From: Trichodelitschia bisporula | Taxonomy: Eukaryota | NCBI GenBank assembly: GCA_010356995.1 | Contig: ML996711.1 | Span: 62,001-126,000, forward strand | DNA: 64,000 nt | Direction of reading: 5' to 3' | Shown here: piece by piece, positions 24,443 through 37,844 of the stretch | Layout of the letters: every line of letters starts with the position of its first letter | How positions within the stretch are numbered: the stretch's first letter is position 1 | Position numbers and translations under genes: made by a program | The notes under the pieces: generated by a model | Told to the model about the DNA's origin: nothing | Database searches by the model: none | Seen by the model: only the letters and a program-made list of their open reading frames with translations

Positions 24443-26686
24443 ATGTCCGCTTCTCTTCACTCTCATCACTCTCATCAATCCCTTCAATCCACCCCTTCTG
24501 GCTCATACTCGAATCCAAATACGAACACGAACATGGCAACCGGCAAAGACAATCCTGCATCGACCCTGACGGCTCGGATGAACCCACTACAGTCAGACTT
24601 CGAAGAGACGGGCAGTGTCGACTCCGATGAGAGATACTTGGTAAGACGATAAAACGACAATGGGTTGATGAGAGACTCGCCATGACCCTACGACGCGTCT
24701 GAGATAGCAGGTAAGTATGGCCTTGCGTCGAACCACGTCCCATGCTCTCCGGAGCTCGACGTCGACAATTTGACTCATGGCTCGCGGGTGCCCCTCGACT
24801 GCTCCTCTTGCAATTGCAACATGCGAATACGAGAGGGCGGTCGTTGCGGCTGAGATTATACCGCAGAACTTGATCGCTATCATGAGCGCGTAAGAAGTGG
24901 CTATGAGAATCAAATCCCCCCCGTTTCCCTTGATCCGTGGCGGAGTGACTGACAATAGGTCAGCAAGCCTTGGGCTACAAGCAAGTAAGTAGCTTGTTCT
25001 CTGCCTGGGTTTACTACGCGTGCTAATTCTAGAGACGCTGCACCGTTCGTGGAGCTTCTTTGAGAGCTTCTCGGCAAGCTTTGGTAGTTCAACTTCGAAG
25101 ATTGTTTATGGCTCTACCTAACCACATCCAGCGGCCTTGTATTTCATCGGCGGTATCCGAGTCACCTTTTCCATCGGCGTTGGTGCTGGCGGCCCTGCCG
25201 CATACTGGTATGGTGGTCCATGGTATCCGATTCACCTTCTTACACCGCAATAGGTCAAGCTATGTCGTCACCTGCATCTTCGTCTTCATAACGGCTGCCG
25301 TTCTCGCCGAAATCTGCTCAGCCTTGCCCGCTGCTGGATCCATCTACTTGTATGTCCCTATTGCTAGTGCAATTGCAGCCCTAACCCCTCCAGCTGGGCG
25401 GCCGAGGCCGGTGGTCGTCGCTTCGGACGCTTGTTTGGCTTCATCGTAGCCTGGTGGGCTTGCACCGCGTGGACGACCTTCCTCGCCTCCAACAGTCAAG
25501 CGGCGGCCAACTTCCTGCTCTCCGAGATTAGCGTGTTCGGCGTGGACTTTCCCACGGATCCCAGTAACATCAAATTCCGTGCCGTCCAATGGATCCTCTC
25601 CGAGGTCTTCCTCTTCATCTCAATCGGGCTGAACTATCTCGACCCCAAGGTCTACAAGCACATCTTCCGCCTCTCAACCGGCATCATCATCCTCGACTTC
25701 CTGCTGAACCTAATCTGGCTCCCCATCGCTGTGTCCAAGACCTACGGCTTTCAACCCGCCAAATTCGTCTTCACCCAGACGTATAACATGACCGGCGCGC
25801 CTCCCGTCTGGAACTGGATGCTGAGCTACTTCGTCACGGCCGGCATTCTCGTCGGTTACGAAGCAAGCGGTCACATCAGCGAGGAAACGCAAAACGCCAG
25901 CCTGACCGCCGCGCGCGGCATCTTTACCTCTGCCGTCGCCTCCGGCCTGCTCGGCTTCCCCGTCGTCATCCTCTTCCTCTTCTGCTCACCCGACCTGGAC
26001 ACGCTGTACGCGCTCAACGCCCCCCAACCCTTCGTCGGGCTTTACGCCATGACCATGGGCCACGGCGGGCAGGTGGTTATGGTAGTCGTGTGCATCTTGG
26101 GGCTCATCATGGTACTTCCCCCCCCCCCTCCTCACCCGGCCTTACTTAACCCAAAAAGAACACCACCGTCGCCGGCGTCGCCTCCTCGCGTCTAATCTGG
26201 GCCGTAGCCCGCGATGGCGTCCTCCCTTTCAGCGGGTGGATCAGCGCCGTATCCGACAAAAAGGAGCCGCGCAACGCCGTCACCGTGATGCTGGCCGTTG
26301 CTGCCCTGCTTCTGTGCACCATCCTGCCTAGCCCAGTGGCGTTTACCTCGCTGGTGAGCGCCGCCGGCGTGCCGACTATCACGTCGTATGCGCTTGTGTG
26401 CTTCGGCCGCGTGTTCTGCACGCCACACAAGTTTAAGAACGCCCGCTGGAGCCTCGGCCGCTGGTCCCGCCCGCTCACGTTCGTTGCACTGATTTGGAAC
26501 CTGTATTTGGCTGGCGTGCTGTTTAGCCCGTTGTTTTTCCCGGTTACGGCTCAGTCGTTCAATTACTCACCCGTCATCTTTGGTGCGATTACCATTTTTG
26601 GCATCCTGAGTTGGTGGCTTACCCCTGAGGATAAGTGGCTGCCGAATGCTAGGCTTGGGAAGGTACATGAGTATGTCGAGGAGTAG
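24443..26686 (+). CDS. APC-family amino acid/GABA/choline permease, multi-exon
   Basis: Spliced pieces QALGYKQ, TLHRSWSFFESFSASF, GAGGPAAYW, LAEICSALPAAGSIYL, GYEASGHISEET, SRLIWAVARDGVLPFS, FPVTAQSFNYSPV, with many TM segments. The start codon (24410/24443/24533) and the first exons are uncertain. Confidence 0.85.
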
Positions 26687-26938
26687 GCTGAGCTGGAGAC
26701 TGATTGCAGCTCTTGCCAGCTCTGCTTCAGCATACGGAGGATGGATCGAGATATTCCACCACTCTCCTTAACTGTCTCCTTATCTTGCCCCCGCCTCTTC
26801 GGAGGCCTACGTCAACGCCAATAATGTCCCTTCCTTTATTCAAACCACCACAATCCTTCATACATAACAGATAGCATCCGAAATCAAACACATGCTCATT
26901 TCTCATCGTACAATGAGTTTACATCCCGAATACCCCCA

Positions 26939-29325
26939 TCAAACATTGGCATCATCCCCCGTTGCCACGCTCTCATACCGCATACCCCCCCTACTCCTCC
27001 CTCCCCGTCCAACCCGCTCAGGCACATCAAACATAGCCGTATAATCCACCTTCTCCCCGCCCAGCACTGCCTCCCCATTCGTTCTTAGCCCAAACACCGG
27101 CGCCGGATCACACCAAAAGTCATTACAATTCTGGATCCAACCTCTAGAGAACGGGTTCTTCGGCGGTGCGGCCACCGCGCCCGCCGCGCCCCGTCGCCCA
27201 TGCAACGTCGTAGCCAGAAATGTGTCGATACCCAGTGCGCGCTGGAAGTTCGCCCAGCAGCCCCCTCCGCCGCCCTTGCGGTGTGGATGCGCGTGGGCGT
27301 GCGCGGCGCCCGGCGGTGGCTGCTCGGCCGCGGGATCGGGACCGCGGGCGCCAGGGATGAGTTGCGCATCGTCGAGCGAGGTTGCGCCGGACGTGATGAA
27401 AGAGGTGAAAGCCGCATTGGCAGGGGGGAGGTGGTGCGAAGTCATGGCCTCGTAGGTGGTGAGGCCGCGGGTGACTTGCACCAGCTGGACGGTGAGGAGC
27501 ATAGAAACCCAGACGAGTTGGAGGGCGGTCCAGATGGTGAGGACGATGGTGAAGGGGTCGGTGAGGAGGGTGGCGCAGAGATCGGGAGAGAGGAGGGTGC
27601 ATGTTGCATCTTTGGGTTTGGGGAGGGGGGCGAGGTAGGAGAGGGTTAGGAGGAGCCAGAAGACGACGCCGGTTGCCATGGTTAGGACGTAGAGGACGAA
27701 GCGGCGGTGGTTGTTTACGCCGATGCAGTTGTCGACCCAGGGGCAGTGGCTGGTGGGGTGTTAGAAAAGTGTGAGGTGGGGGGGGACTTACTGGTCTTGT
27801 TTGGCGACGCAGCGTTGGCACTTTTTGCAGTGCTTGCTTCGTAGAGGGCGCCGGATCATGCAGGTGACGCAGAAATGGGTCTCGTCGAATAGGCGCTTAT
27901 CCAGCAGCTCTTCGATGATTACCTTCTGCTCGCTCCGACTGCCGGGTTTCGGCACGAAACCGGGGTCTTCGGTCATAGTCCGGAAGTAGAAGTAGGTACA
28001 CAGGCCGAAAAACGCGCCGAAGAGTAGGTTGAGAAACGGGTTCGTGTAGTATGTAGCTGGCCTTCTATTAGCTGCTTCTTAAGGACAATGAGCGAACTTA
28101 CCGGGCAAAACGTGTGTGATCCATCGGACGCCAACCCAGAATAGAGTGCCCGCGAAGACACCGGCCAAAAGAGGCTGCGCAAGTTAGTATGTCGTCGAGG
28201 CTGTGACCCGTGGCTATGAGCACATACCGTCTTATGCAAAGTTTTCATATCGTTGGGCGCCCAGCGCAGGAACCATTGCGATCCCCATTGAAGCCCATAT
28301 ACAACAACAAACGTAAGAGGAACAGCCAGATATACAATAAAGTGGCTCAAAATGTATATGAACCAGAAGCCCACGAAAAAGGGCCAAAGGAAGTATGCAC
28401 GGTGGTAAAATGTTCGTCGGTCCTCGACCAGGAACGCCAGCGGAAACTTCCTCGGGCTGCCGTCTGGGTTGTAGTTGCACTCGGACAGCGATATATGCCA
28501 CTGCCGGGTGGACTTCATCTCCTTTGCCGTGATGGCCGGCGTCTTGCCCTCGTTGTTCTCTGCGAAGCGGTCCGAGCCGTACTCCACCAGCTTGAAGATG
28601 GGGTGCTGCGCGCCCTTGACAAGCGCCCAGTGAAGCGCCGTGAAGCCCTGGTCATCGCGGGCATACACGTTTGCGCCCCACCGCAGCAGCAGGTCCACCA
28701 CCGCGCCATATCCCTTGTAGGCCGCCCACATCAAGCTCGTATGGCCCTGGGCGTCTGCTGTGTCGACGGCTATATCCTGGTGGAGGAGCAGCACAATCTG
28801 GAAGACGTTGCCATCGAGAACGGCCGAATGAAGGAGATTGAAGCCCTGATCGTCGGTGAGGAGCGGGTCCGCTCCATTTTGTAGCAGCAGGTGCACGACG
28901 TAGTAGTGGCACTTCTTCGCCGCCCACAGCACGGGCGTTGCGACCGCCTGGCCGCCCCTCGCATTGACGTCCACACCAGATTTGATCAGGAAGTGACACA
29001 GCGCGTAGTGATTGTTGATCGCAGCCCACTAGAGCGCATTAGCAGCATTCCGGTACAGGCTGGCCAGGCGACGTACATGGAGCGGCGTGATGCCTTCGTC
29101 GTCGGCGTAGCTGACATCGAACTTGCCGGTGTCGAAGAGCTTCTGGATTGCGCCGATCTCGCCCAGACGCGCAAGCTGCATGATGTCTTCCTCCACCGAC
29201 AGTGGCGTCCGAATCGTGTCCAGAGCCTTCATCTCAACTGCCTCTTGTTCCCGCATGCCCTCCTTTCCAACTCTGGGGGCCCCATTCTGGGGAGCGTTCT
29301 CGCCGCGGTCGACGGTGAAGGACAT
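26939..29325 (-). CDS. AKR1: Ankyrin-repeat DHHC palmitoyltransferase
   Basis: N-terminal ankyrin repeats ([39 protein letters not shown]). Cys-rich domain [38 protein letters not shown], with the DHHC motif split by an intron. TTYE and NPFSRG motifs follow. Confidence 0.95.
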
Positions 29326-29843
29326 GATCGCCGGGTGAGTCGCTGTGCGTAAATGATGGCGGCTAGGATGAGTTTAAAGTGTCGGCATGTCGCAGCGATT
29401 CTAGCGCATCGTACATTCGTCCAGGGGAAACTGCTTATGTACGGACAAGTTGAGTAGATTTCCCAGCTGTGGCGCATCGGTCGGGGGTGAAACGCACAGA
29501 CCCGGCAAGGCAGCAATCGCGAATCGCGAGCCGTTCTTGGCCACACGAGACTGGACGATATGATAAGTAAGCACTATTTAGGAAGGGCATTTCAGACACA
29601 GCATTAGAACAGCGGCAAAGAAACAGGCGTCAAGACAGCGAATCAGTCTGTTACATCCGGCCTCCTATCTACAAAGTAGATGCCCTGAAACATCGCTCAG
29701 TCAACTACCCGTACAAGCGATAAAAGTTACGCTCATACACCTGCAGCTCAGGCACAAACCCCGAATTTCGATGCATCCATCCGCCAAACGCCAGCCTTCA
29801 TGAATCTTGCGACCATGACCGTAACCCATCAGAACTAGTACGC

Positions 29844-30812
29844 TTATGTGGTAGGCTTCTTTGCGAACTCGACGCGAAGAATGAGATGGTGGAAGCCGTC
29901 TAGAGGATGTTAGAATCAGGTAGTACGTATGGCAGCAGGAACACTTACAGCCATCCATCTTCTCACATGCCCGCGCAGCATCGGTCCGGTCCGCGTAGCT
30001 GACGAAGGCGAAACCCTTTGCCCTGCCTGTTTCCCGGTCCTTCGCAAGGAAGACACGCGTGACGTGGCCGAACCGCGTGAACATATCCCGCAGGTCCTGC
30101 TCTTCGGCGAACTCGCTGACGTTGGTAACACGGAGGGTGGCAAGGTCGTCGCGCTCTTGCCCAAACTTGCCGCCGCCCATGCGCTCTCCTGTGACGCCGC
30201 TCTTGCCCCGCAGGTGGGGAGGAACGTAGCTGCTGTTGCTCGGACCAAGCCCGGGTGCCGCAGACTCCTCCTCGGCACCTGTACCAGCCCCAGCTCCAGC
30301 GTTCTCCCCCTCTGGCGCCATGGTGTCCTTGAAGGGACACTTGGAAGTCCAATGCTCGCCACTGCAGATACGGCACTTGATCTTCGCGTCCTTGAGGGTC
30401 GCCTTCTGCTTGTCGATCGGGTTCTTCTCCTCCGACTGGTTGGTCTTCCAGTTGGAGCTGGGCCGGAAAACGATGTTCTCCGCAATGCTGGTGGTGTCGG
30501 ACTGCGGGCCGACGGGCTTGCCCTTCTCCTCGCCGAACTTGGACCAGTGTTTGCGCTCTGCAACGCGGGGGTTGACCACCTGCTTCATGACTGTCTTGCG
30601 GATGCGGCGCGTGGTCTTGACCTTCTTGCCGTTCTCATCGATGCGGTAGGACACGATCGTCTCTGTACCATCCTTGTTCTTGGTGATTTGAGGAGGAGGA
30701 AGGGCGAGGGAATCCTCGTCCTCTTCTTCGGCCCAGTCAGTGCGTCTGGGATTTTGGTTAGCTAGTGAGAATAAAATTTGGAGAGAAGTGCATACCCTGC
30801 AACTTTTGACAT
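29844..30812 (-). CDS. TIF35: Translation initiation factor eIF3 subunit g
   Basis: Exons 30796-30812, 29949-30745, 29844-29899. DWAEEED N-terminus, [14 protein letters not shown] zinc knuckle, YVPPHLR, RRM ([17 protein letters not shown]), terminal [14 protein letters not shown]. Confidence 0.96.
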
Positions 30813-31219
30813 TTTGTTCAGCAGTGATGTGATGAGGTGGGTGAGTTGGTGGAGGTTGGAGTACTCCGTAGTTTGCGGGGCAGTAAATTCACGGCGCCGC
30901 GAGTGGGATGTGGCGTGGGCAAATCTTCGGCTGCTGCCTGAGAAACCGGGTCCTAAACTGCTACATAAGCGGCGTTTATTAAGCGCTCTAGCCGCATTTG
31001 AAGTTGTGTGCCACTCATTTCACCTACTGTACTTCCTGTACATCACTTGTAAGACATGTTCATTAAGTTTCATGCATTCACTGTGCCCTGCATTATCTAC
31101 GGAGCTCCATCGAGTGCTAAAAATCATCGTGAATCTTCGAAAATCAACGTCAAATCCATGACAACTATTCATACTTAAAGATGTAAGTGAGGTGAGCCGT
31201 CCCCACCGCGCAGTATCTG

Positions 31220-34200
31220 TTATTGAGTGGTGTAGCCGGCAGCATCGCCGCCCTCGTCTCTTGCCTTCTCCTCCGTCGGTGAATCACCAATAGGGGTTCC
31301 CACTGATTCCGAGCTTGCTCCCTTTTCTTCCAAGTCGGAAGCTCCTGTCTGCCGCCTCGCAACACGACGATAGTACACTCGCTTAGCCCACTTCCAGCTT
31401 TCACACCCCCCAAAGAAGATGATTGTTTCAATGACCACAATCGCCCATTCCCATGTGATGCCTTGGTGCTTGAATACCTTGTGGTTGATCACGGGAATGT
31501 AGAGTATCGGGAAAACAGTTACGAACCCAGCAACGATAGCCCAGAGCAGGAATGGGTTCCGCCGGCTATCTTCGACCCAGTTGGTGAATACATGCCACCA
31601 GCGGTACCCCGGTCCGCGCGGCTGCTGGCGAAAGAAGGAGCGGCGGAAGTTTACCATTTCCCAGGCCAGGAAGAGCGCAAACCATGTGAGGCAGACGAAG
31701 GTTGTCGCTCGAGCGCGGAACACAAGATCGCACTCGGCTGAATAGGCATCGTTGCAGTTGTGGCCTGTTCAAGTTATTAGCGGACAAATGCAATGTCCAT
31801 GTGGATCAACATACCAAGGTTGCCGTCGCCAAAGCCATACATAACAAGAGAAAACGCAGAAAGGCAAAGGGCCGCCATTAAGACTCCATACACCCCCATG
31901 TCGGCAAGCAGTTCAAAGGAAAAGATACCGGTTTTCAGCTGTCAAGCAATCAGTCTCTTTGTGTCTGACACTGACTAGACCAACTCACATCGTGGGGCGG
32001 ACGATCCATGATATCCGGGGCAGCAACTTCCATTCCAAGACCCATATCCGGCAAGCCACCAGTAGCCTATTGATATCAGCGCTGCCGCTATGATTTCGAT
32101 GGTTGGGGGAAACATACCATGATTACCCAAATGATCTCAACCGGAGAAAGGGGATACACCGACATGCCTTCGTCATCTTTGAAAGCTAACCCAACGAGGA
32201 GAGTTATTGCTTGAGCAATATTTTCGGCCAAAACGTGGAGGACGAATCTCTTGATGTTGTCGAAGATCCGACGGCCTTCCTCAATGGCGTTCAAAATGGA
32301 CGCAAAATTATCATCCGTCAAAACAAGATCCGAAACATCCTTGGCCACGTCACTTCCAGCTTGTCCCTGTTGAAGTCGAAATTAGCAGTTGGTCTTCGTG
32401 GAGGCTGGGTGTCCTACCATTGCAATGCCAACATCCGACTTGACAAGCGAAGGCGAATCGTTCACACCATCACCAGTCATGGCAACAAACCGCTTGCGGC
32501 GATGAAGCGCATCAATCATACGAACCTTGGTCTGCGGCGCACAGCGGGCAATTACATACGGCAAAACAGGCAATTCGTCGACTTCCTTGTCGCTCAGCTT
32601 GTCAAACTGGGCAGCTGTCATTACGAGAGCCTCGGCAATATCACCGCGCAGCTTATTCGTATCCTTCGGTAAGATGCCGACCTGCTTCGCAATGGCACTT
32701 GCAGTCGCCGGATGATCGCCCGTCAGCATATGGACAGTGATGCCAGCGCGGCCACAAGCGGCCACAGCACCCTCAGACTCAGGCCGCGGAGGGTCGTACA
32801 ATCCGATGAGGCCAATGAAGGTTAGGTCTTTCTCAACCTCCGCACGCTCTAGGTTGGTGTAGTCTTCGACATTAGTGCGCGTCCATTCCGCACTGGCAAG
32901 ACACAGCACGCGGAGGCCCTGGCTGGCGAGCATATCAACACTTTGGCTGATAGTTTCTGAGATGTCGTCGGAAATTGGCCCTGCACTGTCGCCCCCGCTC
33001 CCTTGGATGCCGGTGCAAAGCGGCAGAACGCGCTCCACGGCACCTTTGGTGAACACCTTTCTCTTGGTGGACCCGTCGATGTGTTGTTCGTAGACCACGG
33101 ACATGCGTTTGACATCGGAATCAAAGGGGAACTCGACGAGAGGGCGCCATTCTCCTGATTTATTGTCGTCATGTTCACCGACAAGGCGCGTCCGGTTCCA
33201 GTTGAACCGCGAGGCGAACACCTGGATGGCAATCTCAGTAGGATCACCCCGAGTCTGCCACTCGCCTTTGGCGTTTTTCAGCACACGAGCGACATTGGCA
33301 AGGGATGCAATGTTCATAAAGCGCTCCGTGCAAGGCTGTTGGCGGACGTGAGCACCGGAGATGACATCGTCGGCCTCCACCACGGATTGGCTTGCAGATT
33401 TGCTATCCACAGGTGCCCCTGGATGAAAGGTGATTTCCCCCTCGGTCGGGTCGATCGGGTTTGAGCTGCTGCCGACGTGGTACGTTCCGTGGCCAGCGAC
33501 CCAGGCTGCTTTGGCCACCATGCGGCCTTGTGTAAGCGTTCCGGTCTTGTCGGAACAGATGTTCGTCACGGCACCAAGTGCCTCCAGGCTGTCCAGCTTC
33601 CGGACGAGGACATTCCGCTTCGCCATCCGCTTCATCCCGACGGACATGGTGATCGTAAGCACGACGATCAGGCTGGCTGGAATCATGCTCACGCCGGTGG
33701 CAACGGCATAGATGACGACCTCCTGGGCGGACGAGAACTTGTTCGCTGCTTCCACAATCACCGCAAAGATGACTGCGACGAAGAACAGAAAGACCGCCAG
33801 CTGCGACAGCTTCCGATGGAGGGGCGTCCCAACGTTGATCCCAAGAAAATTACCAACGAGATCTCCAGCGGTAAGTGTCCATGCTTCCAGATAGCGGTGC
33901 ACACCGGCTTTTCCCTCTGCGTTGCGCTTCACCGGTCGAACTCTCGAGTCACCTCCCTGGAGTGCCGCAGCGATTTTGCCGATCTCGGTTCTCATGCCCT
34001 GTTGATATGAATACTTGCGAGTCAGGCGGATCGAGCATACTTACGATAGCGATGACGACACCTTTGGCACGACCCTTGCTAACCACCGACGACGAGAAAA
34101 CCATATTGAGGCGGTCTCCAGCACCGGTCTCAGGATCAAAGGTAGACTGAGATTCCTTTGCGACAGGCAGCGATTCGCCAGTAAGTAGAGCTTCGTCCGT

Positions 34201-34817
34201 TTCTAAGTTAACAGCTTCAATGAGCCTAAAAACGTTAGACCATTCCCGACAGAAAGGCTATCTTACCTCAGGTCGGCAGGGATGGAGCTTCCGGTAATTA
34301 TCTCAACGATGTCACCGGGCACCAGTTCCCCGGTCGGAATAACTTTAGACTCTCCATCACGAATCACGCGAGCCGTCGGGGATCCCAAGGCGCGAATGCT
34401 GTTCAATGTCTTTTCCGCGGAAAATTCCTGGTAAAATCCGACGACGATATTGAGGCCGATGACGAAGGCGAGGATTCCACCCTCAATCCACGATTTGATA
34501 ATAAAGCTAGCGACCATAGCCATGATCAAAACCTGATGCGGTTAGTACTGGAGTCCGTGGAAGGTCAAAACTAGAAAGCATACCAGAGTCATAGCATTGG
34601 CAACCTGTCGGAGGAGGATCTTGACAGGTTGGACGCCGGGTCCCTCATCCAACTGATTTGGTCCATAGATGCTCTTGCGGGTCTTTACGGCCTCTTCGGT
34701 CAAGCCGGATTCGGGATCAGTTGAAAGAGCTTGCAGGACATCCTCGGACGAAAGCGAATGGGCGGGCTCCTGGAGATCATATTCAAGAGGCTCTGTGCCC
34801 GTTGACTTCTTTCCCAT
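31220..34817 (-). CDS. ENA1: P-type IID Na+/K+ efflux ATPase, multi-exon
   Basis: YGPNQL, QEFSAEKT, LVPGDIV, PADLR, LTGES, phosphorylation site ICSDKTGTLT, GDPTE, KGAVE, YDPPR, MLTGDH, MTGDGVNDSPSL. MIPASL and FLAWEMV are ENA-type. Confidence 0.93.
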
Positions 34818-36802
34818 TGTTGCAATGCAGGTGGGAAGTAGGTACGAGGTGGAAGATACAGTCCTCGGCAGCCACGGGTATTGCGGCACACGGCGGACTT
34901 AAGTATCATTAGGTGAGCTCTCGAAATCCATCGCTAGTTCGCATCATTCTGCATGGCATCCACTGATACGCTCAATCAGACCATTTAGCCAAGCTGTTGT
35001 TCTTGGGTGAAGACATAGCGTCGCCTTCTAAGGTGGGGTAGGGTGAGGGTTCTCAGGGTGGAGGCATGGCATCGCCTCCCGAGTTGAAGACAGAGCCTTG
35101 CCTCCTGGGCTGAAGGGCGACACTCGCACGGCTATTTTCCAATGAGAGTATCTCATGGCGGGTGTTCGGAAGCGGGTCGGAAGCTGTTGCTCTTGGCGAG
35201 ATAGAACTTCAACTCCGATGTTGGAAAAGTCGGTACACCGAGACGGTTGCCAATGTTGCTAGGCGTGAGCGTGGGCTTTAGACGCAGGTTGACTTGACGA
35301 CTGTGGGGATAGCGCCACCTAGTATGGGATGGTGGCAAACCCCAGTGAACCGATATGCGGCCCGCTAACATGGGCAAGGCTGAGGAGCCGCATGGCATTT
35401 GACATCGATCGGTTGCGTGACGAGACGTTCCACTCGATGCACGTCCAATTTTCGCTTAGTTTAGAAGACTCCCGGGCATGTGAATATCAAATCATCCTAA
35501 CTGGTTCATATTGGATGCCATATCCAAAGCCAAGGGGAATCTGAGTCTTGGGCCTTTCCGCGGTGTGCCGCCAAGTCGCTTTTGTCCCTGGGCAAGTATT
35601 GGCATCCAACGATGATGATATCAGGATAGTTTGGCTTGTCACTATCACGCCGCCCCACTTACCTATATAAGGCTCGCGCTATGCTCCGCTCCATGCCGCG
35701 CCTGCCTTCCGTACCTGCGATCTCATGTCTTCGACCAAGGTGGACGTTCAATTGTAGGAGCACGTGGGCAAGAGGTGAGGATCTTTGCAGATGATTTTCA
35801 TCCGCGACCGTACATATCTTCGTCCCCGCGAATTATTGACAGCCCTCACCATGATCCCGTCAGCCACGTAGCATCGCGCCGAAAGCCCAAACTCTAAGCT
35901 CCGTGGCCGCAGAGAAAACGGGCCGCGGACTGACTGATGATTTTCTAGCCGAACGTGCAACTGAAGCATGGCTCTCCAAGTCGGCGGGGCGACTGGGCAG
36001 TCCTTGGGATCAGGAAGAGAGCTCAGGAAAAGTGGGGATCGAGTAATTTTGGTGCCCGCCCGGAGCTGCTCCCGGTAGTAAATACCGTAGTACGTATCGT
36101 GGGGGCCGATATGCCAGTTTCGATGCTGGTTGCTGACTGTCGCCATCGCTGAGTCAATAGCCGACGGCAGATGCGACGTTCGGGTTGTTAATGATGGTGC
36201 GATTTCTTGGGGCCAAGTGTTTATCCGGCCCGAAGTCTGGTCTGACCTCATAGAACAGGGTTGTCCACGATAGCCAAGCGGCGGGGGTTGTAATTCTCCG
36301 ATGCTCCGATGTCAGCCCTGCTGCCTTGCCGGGATAGCTCCAAGGGTCGCTAATACCGTACCGTATGTGTCATGAGCATCTTCCCTTTCGAGAACTTCAC
36401 GGCCTTTGAGTTGAACCGCATCGCAACTGAACCCCGCCAGAGGTGCGAACTAGCCAGTGTTTCAAAGCGACCATTTGCATTTCAAAGCCTGTTTCCCAAC
36501 CCTTCTTTGCAATCGCAAATCAGATCAGATAAGGACAATGTTAATTTGCGGTCAAGGGCTGCACCGCAACGCCCCATGAATCTTTGCTGTGCAGTCGACA
36601 GCTTCCTCGCCTGGGGAGTGGTCCGCCCGCCTACGAGCTGATTACCAATGCACCCCACGACAGGTAGCATAAAAGTACGGAGCCCCTAGGCTTGGAATGA
36701 CTTCATCCCGTCATCGACAACACATAACCTCACGCGACCTCCACCCTACATCATACTGTATTCCTCATCGTATAACACTATATCAATTGCATTCTAGTCA
36801 CT

Positions 36803-37844
36803 ATGTCTAAGGTCGCTCTCATCACCGGCGCCACGGGCAAGCAAGGTGGCGCCGTCGTCTCGGCCTTGCTCGGCGCGAAGGCGCCTGGGTACACCATTCT
36901 CGGCCTCACCCGCAACCCGGAGTCCGCATCGGCGCAGAAGCTTGTGGCGAAAGGCGTTAAACTCGTCAAAGGCGACATGAGCGATTCTGCTGCCATCTTC
37001 GAGGAGGCTAAGAAGGTGGTTTCTGAGCCCATCTGGGGCGTCTTCAGCGTCCAGGTATACCTCACCGCTTGACAAAGCCAATTGGCGCTTTCCCGTATAT
37101 TCAAAGACCAACAATATCTAGATGCCGCCAATGGGAAAAAGCGGAGCTACACAGATCGAGGAGAATCTGGGCAAGGCGCTCATCGACGCGGCGTTAGCGA
37201 ACGGCGTCAAGGTGTTTGTTCAGACCTCCGTCGACCGCCATGGCGAGAAGTCCATAGACAATCCAACCGATGTCCCGCACTTCATCAGCAAGCACAATAT
37301 TGAGAAATATCTCATCGAGAAAGCTGGTGACAAAATGAGCTGGACGATCCTGCGCCCCGTAGCTTTTATGGACGTGAGCATCCCCCCACCCGGTCAGCCC
37401 TTGGTGTCATACTGACAACAGTCTCAGAACAGCACGCCGGACTTTGGTGGCAAAGCCTTCCACACCGCCTGGAGGACACAGGTGAAGGATAAGCCTCTGC
37501 AGCTCGTCGCGGTCAAGGACATTGGCTGGTTCGGCGCACAGGCTCTGCTTCACTCTGATGAAGATGCCTACAAGAACAAGGCTATCAGCCTTGCGGGTGA
37601 TGAGTTGACCTTCGAACAAGCCAACGAAACCTTGAAGAAGTTCACTGGCACAGATCTTCCACAGACTTATGGTTTCGTGACCTCCGCCTTGTCCTGGGCG
37701 ATCAAAGACCTTGGCCTTATGTTCCGATGGTTTTACAATGAGGGCTACGCTGCCAACATCCCAGAGCTGAAGAAGCTGCACCCGGGCCTGTTGAACTTCG
37801 AGCAATTTTTGGAGCAGGAGAGCAAGTATACGGCGAAGCCTTGA
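36803..37844 (+). CDS. NmrA-like NAD(P)-binding (atypical SDR) protein, 3 exons
   Basis: Exons 36803-37054, 37122-37373, 37428-37844. ITGATGKQGGAV Rossmann motif, LTRN, VPHFISK, TILRPVAFMDN. Confidence 0.92.

Noticed and set aside
29929..30765. 278-aa plus-strand ORF, and similar shadows opposite NOG1, SMC2, LEU1, AKR1 and HET
   Set aside because: Antisense shadow ORFs expected from GC3-rich codon usage.
34900..36800. ORFs between ENA1 and NmrA (e.g. 35748-36251)
   Set aside because: No motifs or credible splice chain; likely a divergent promoter region.
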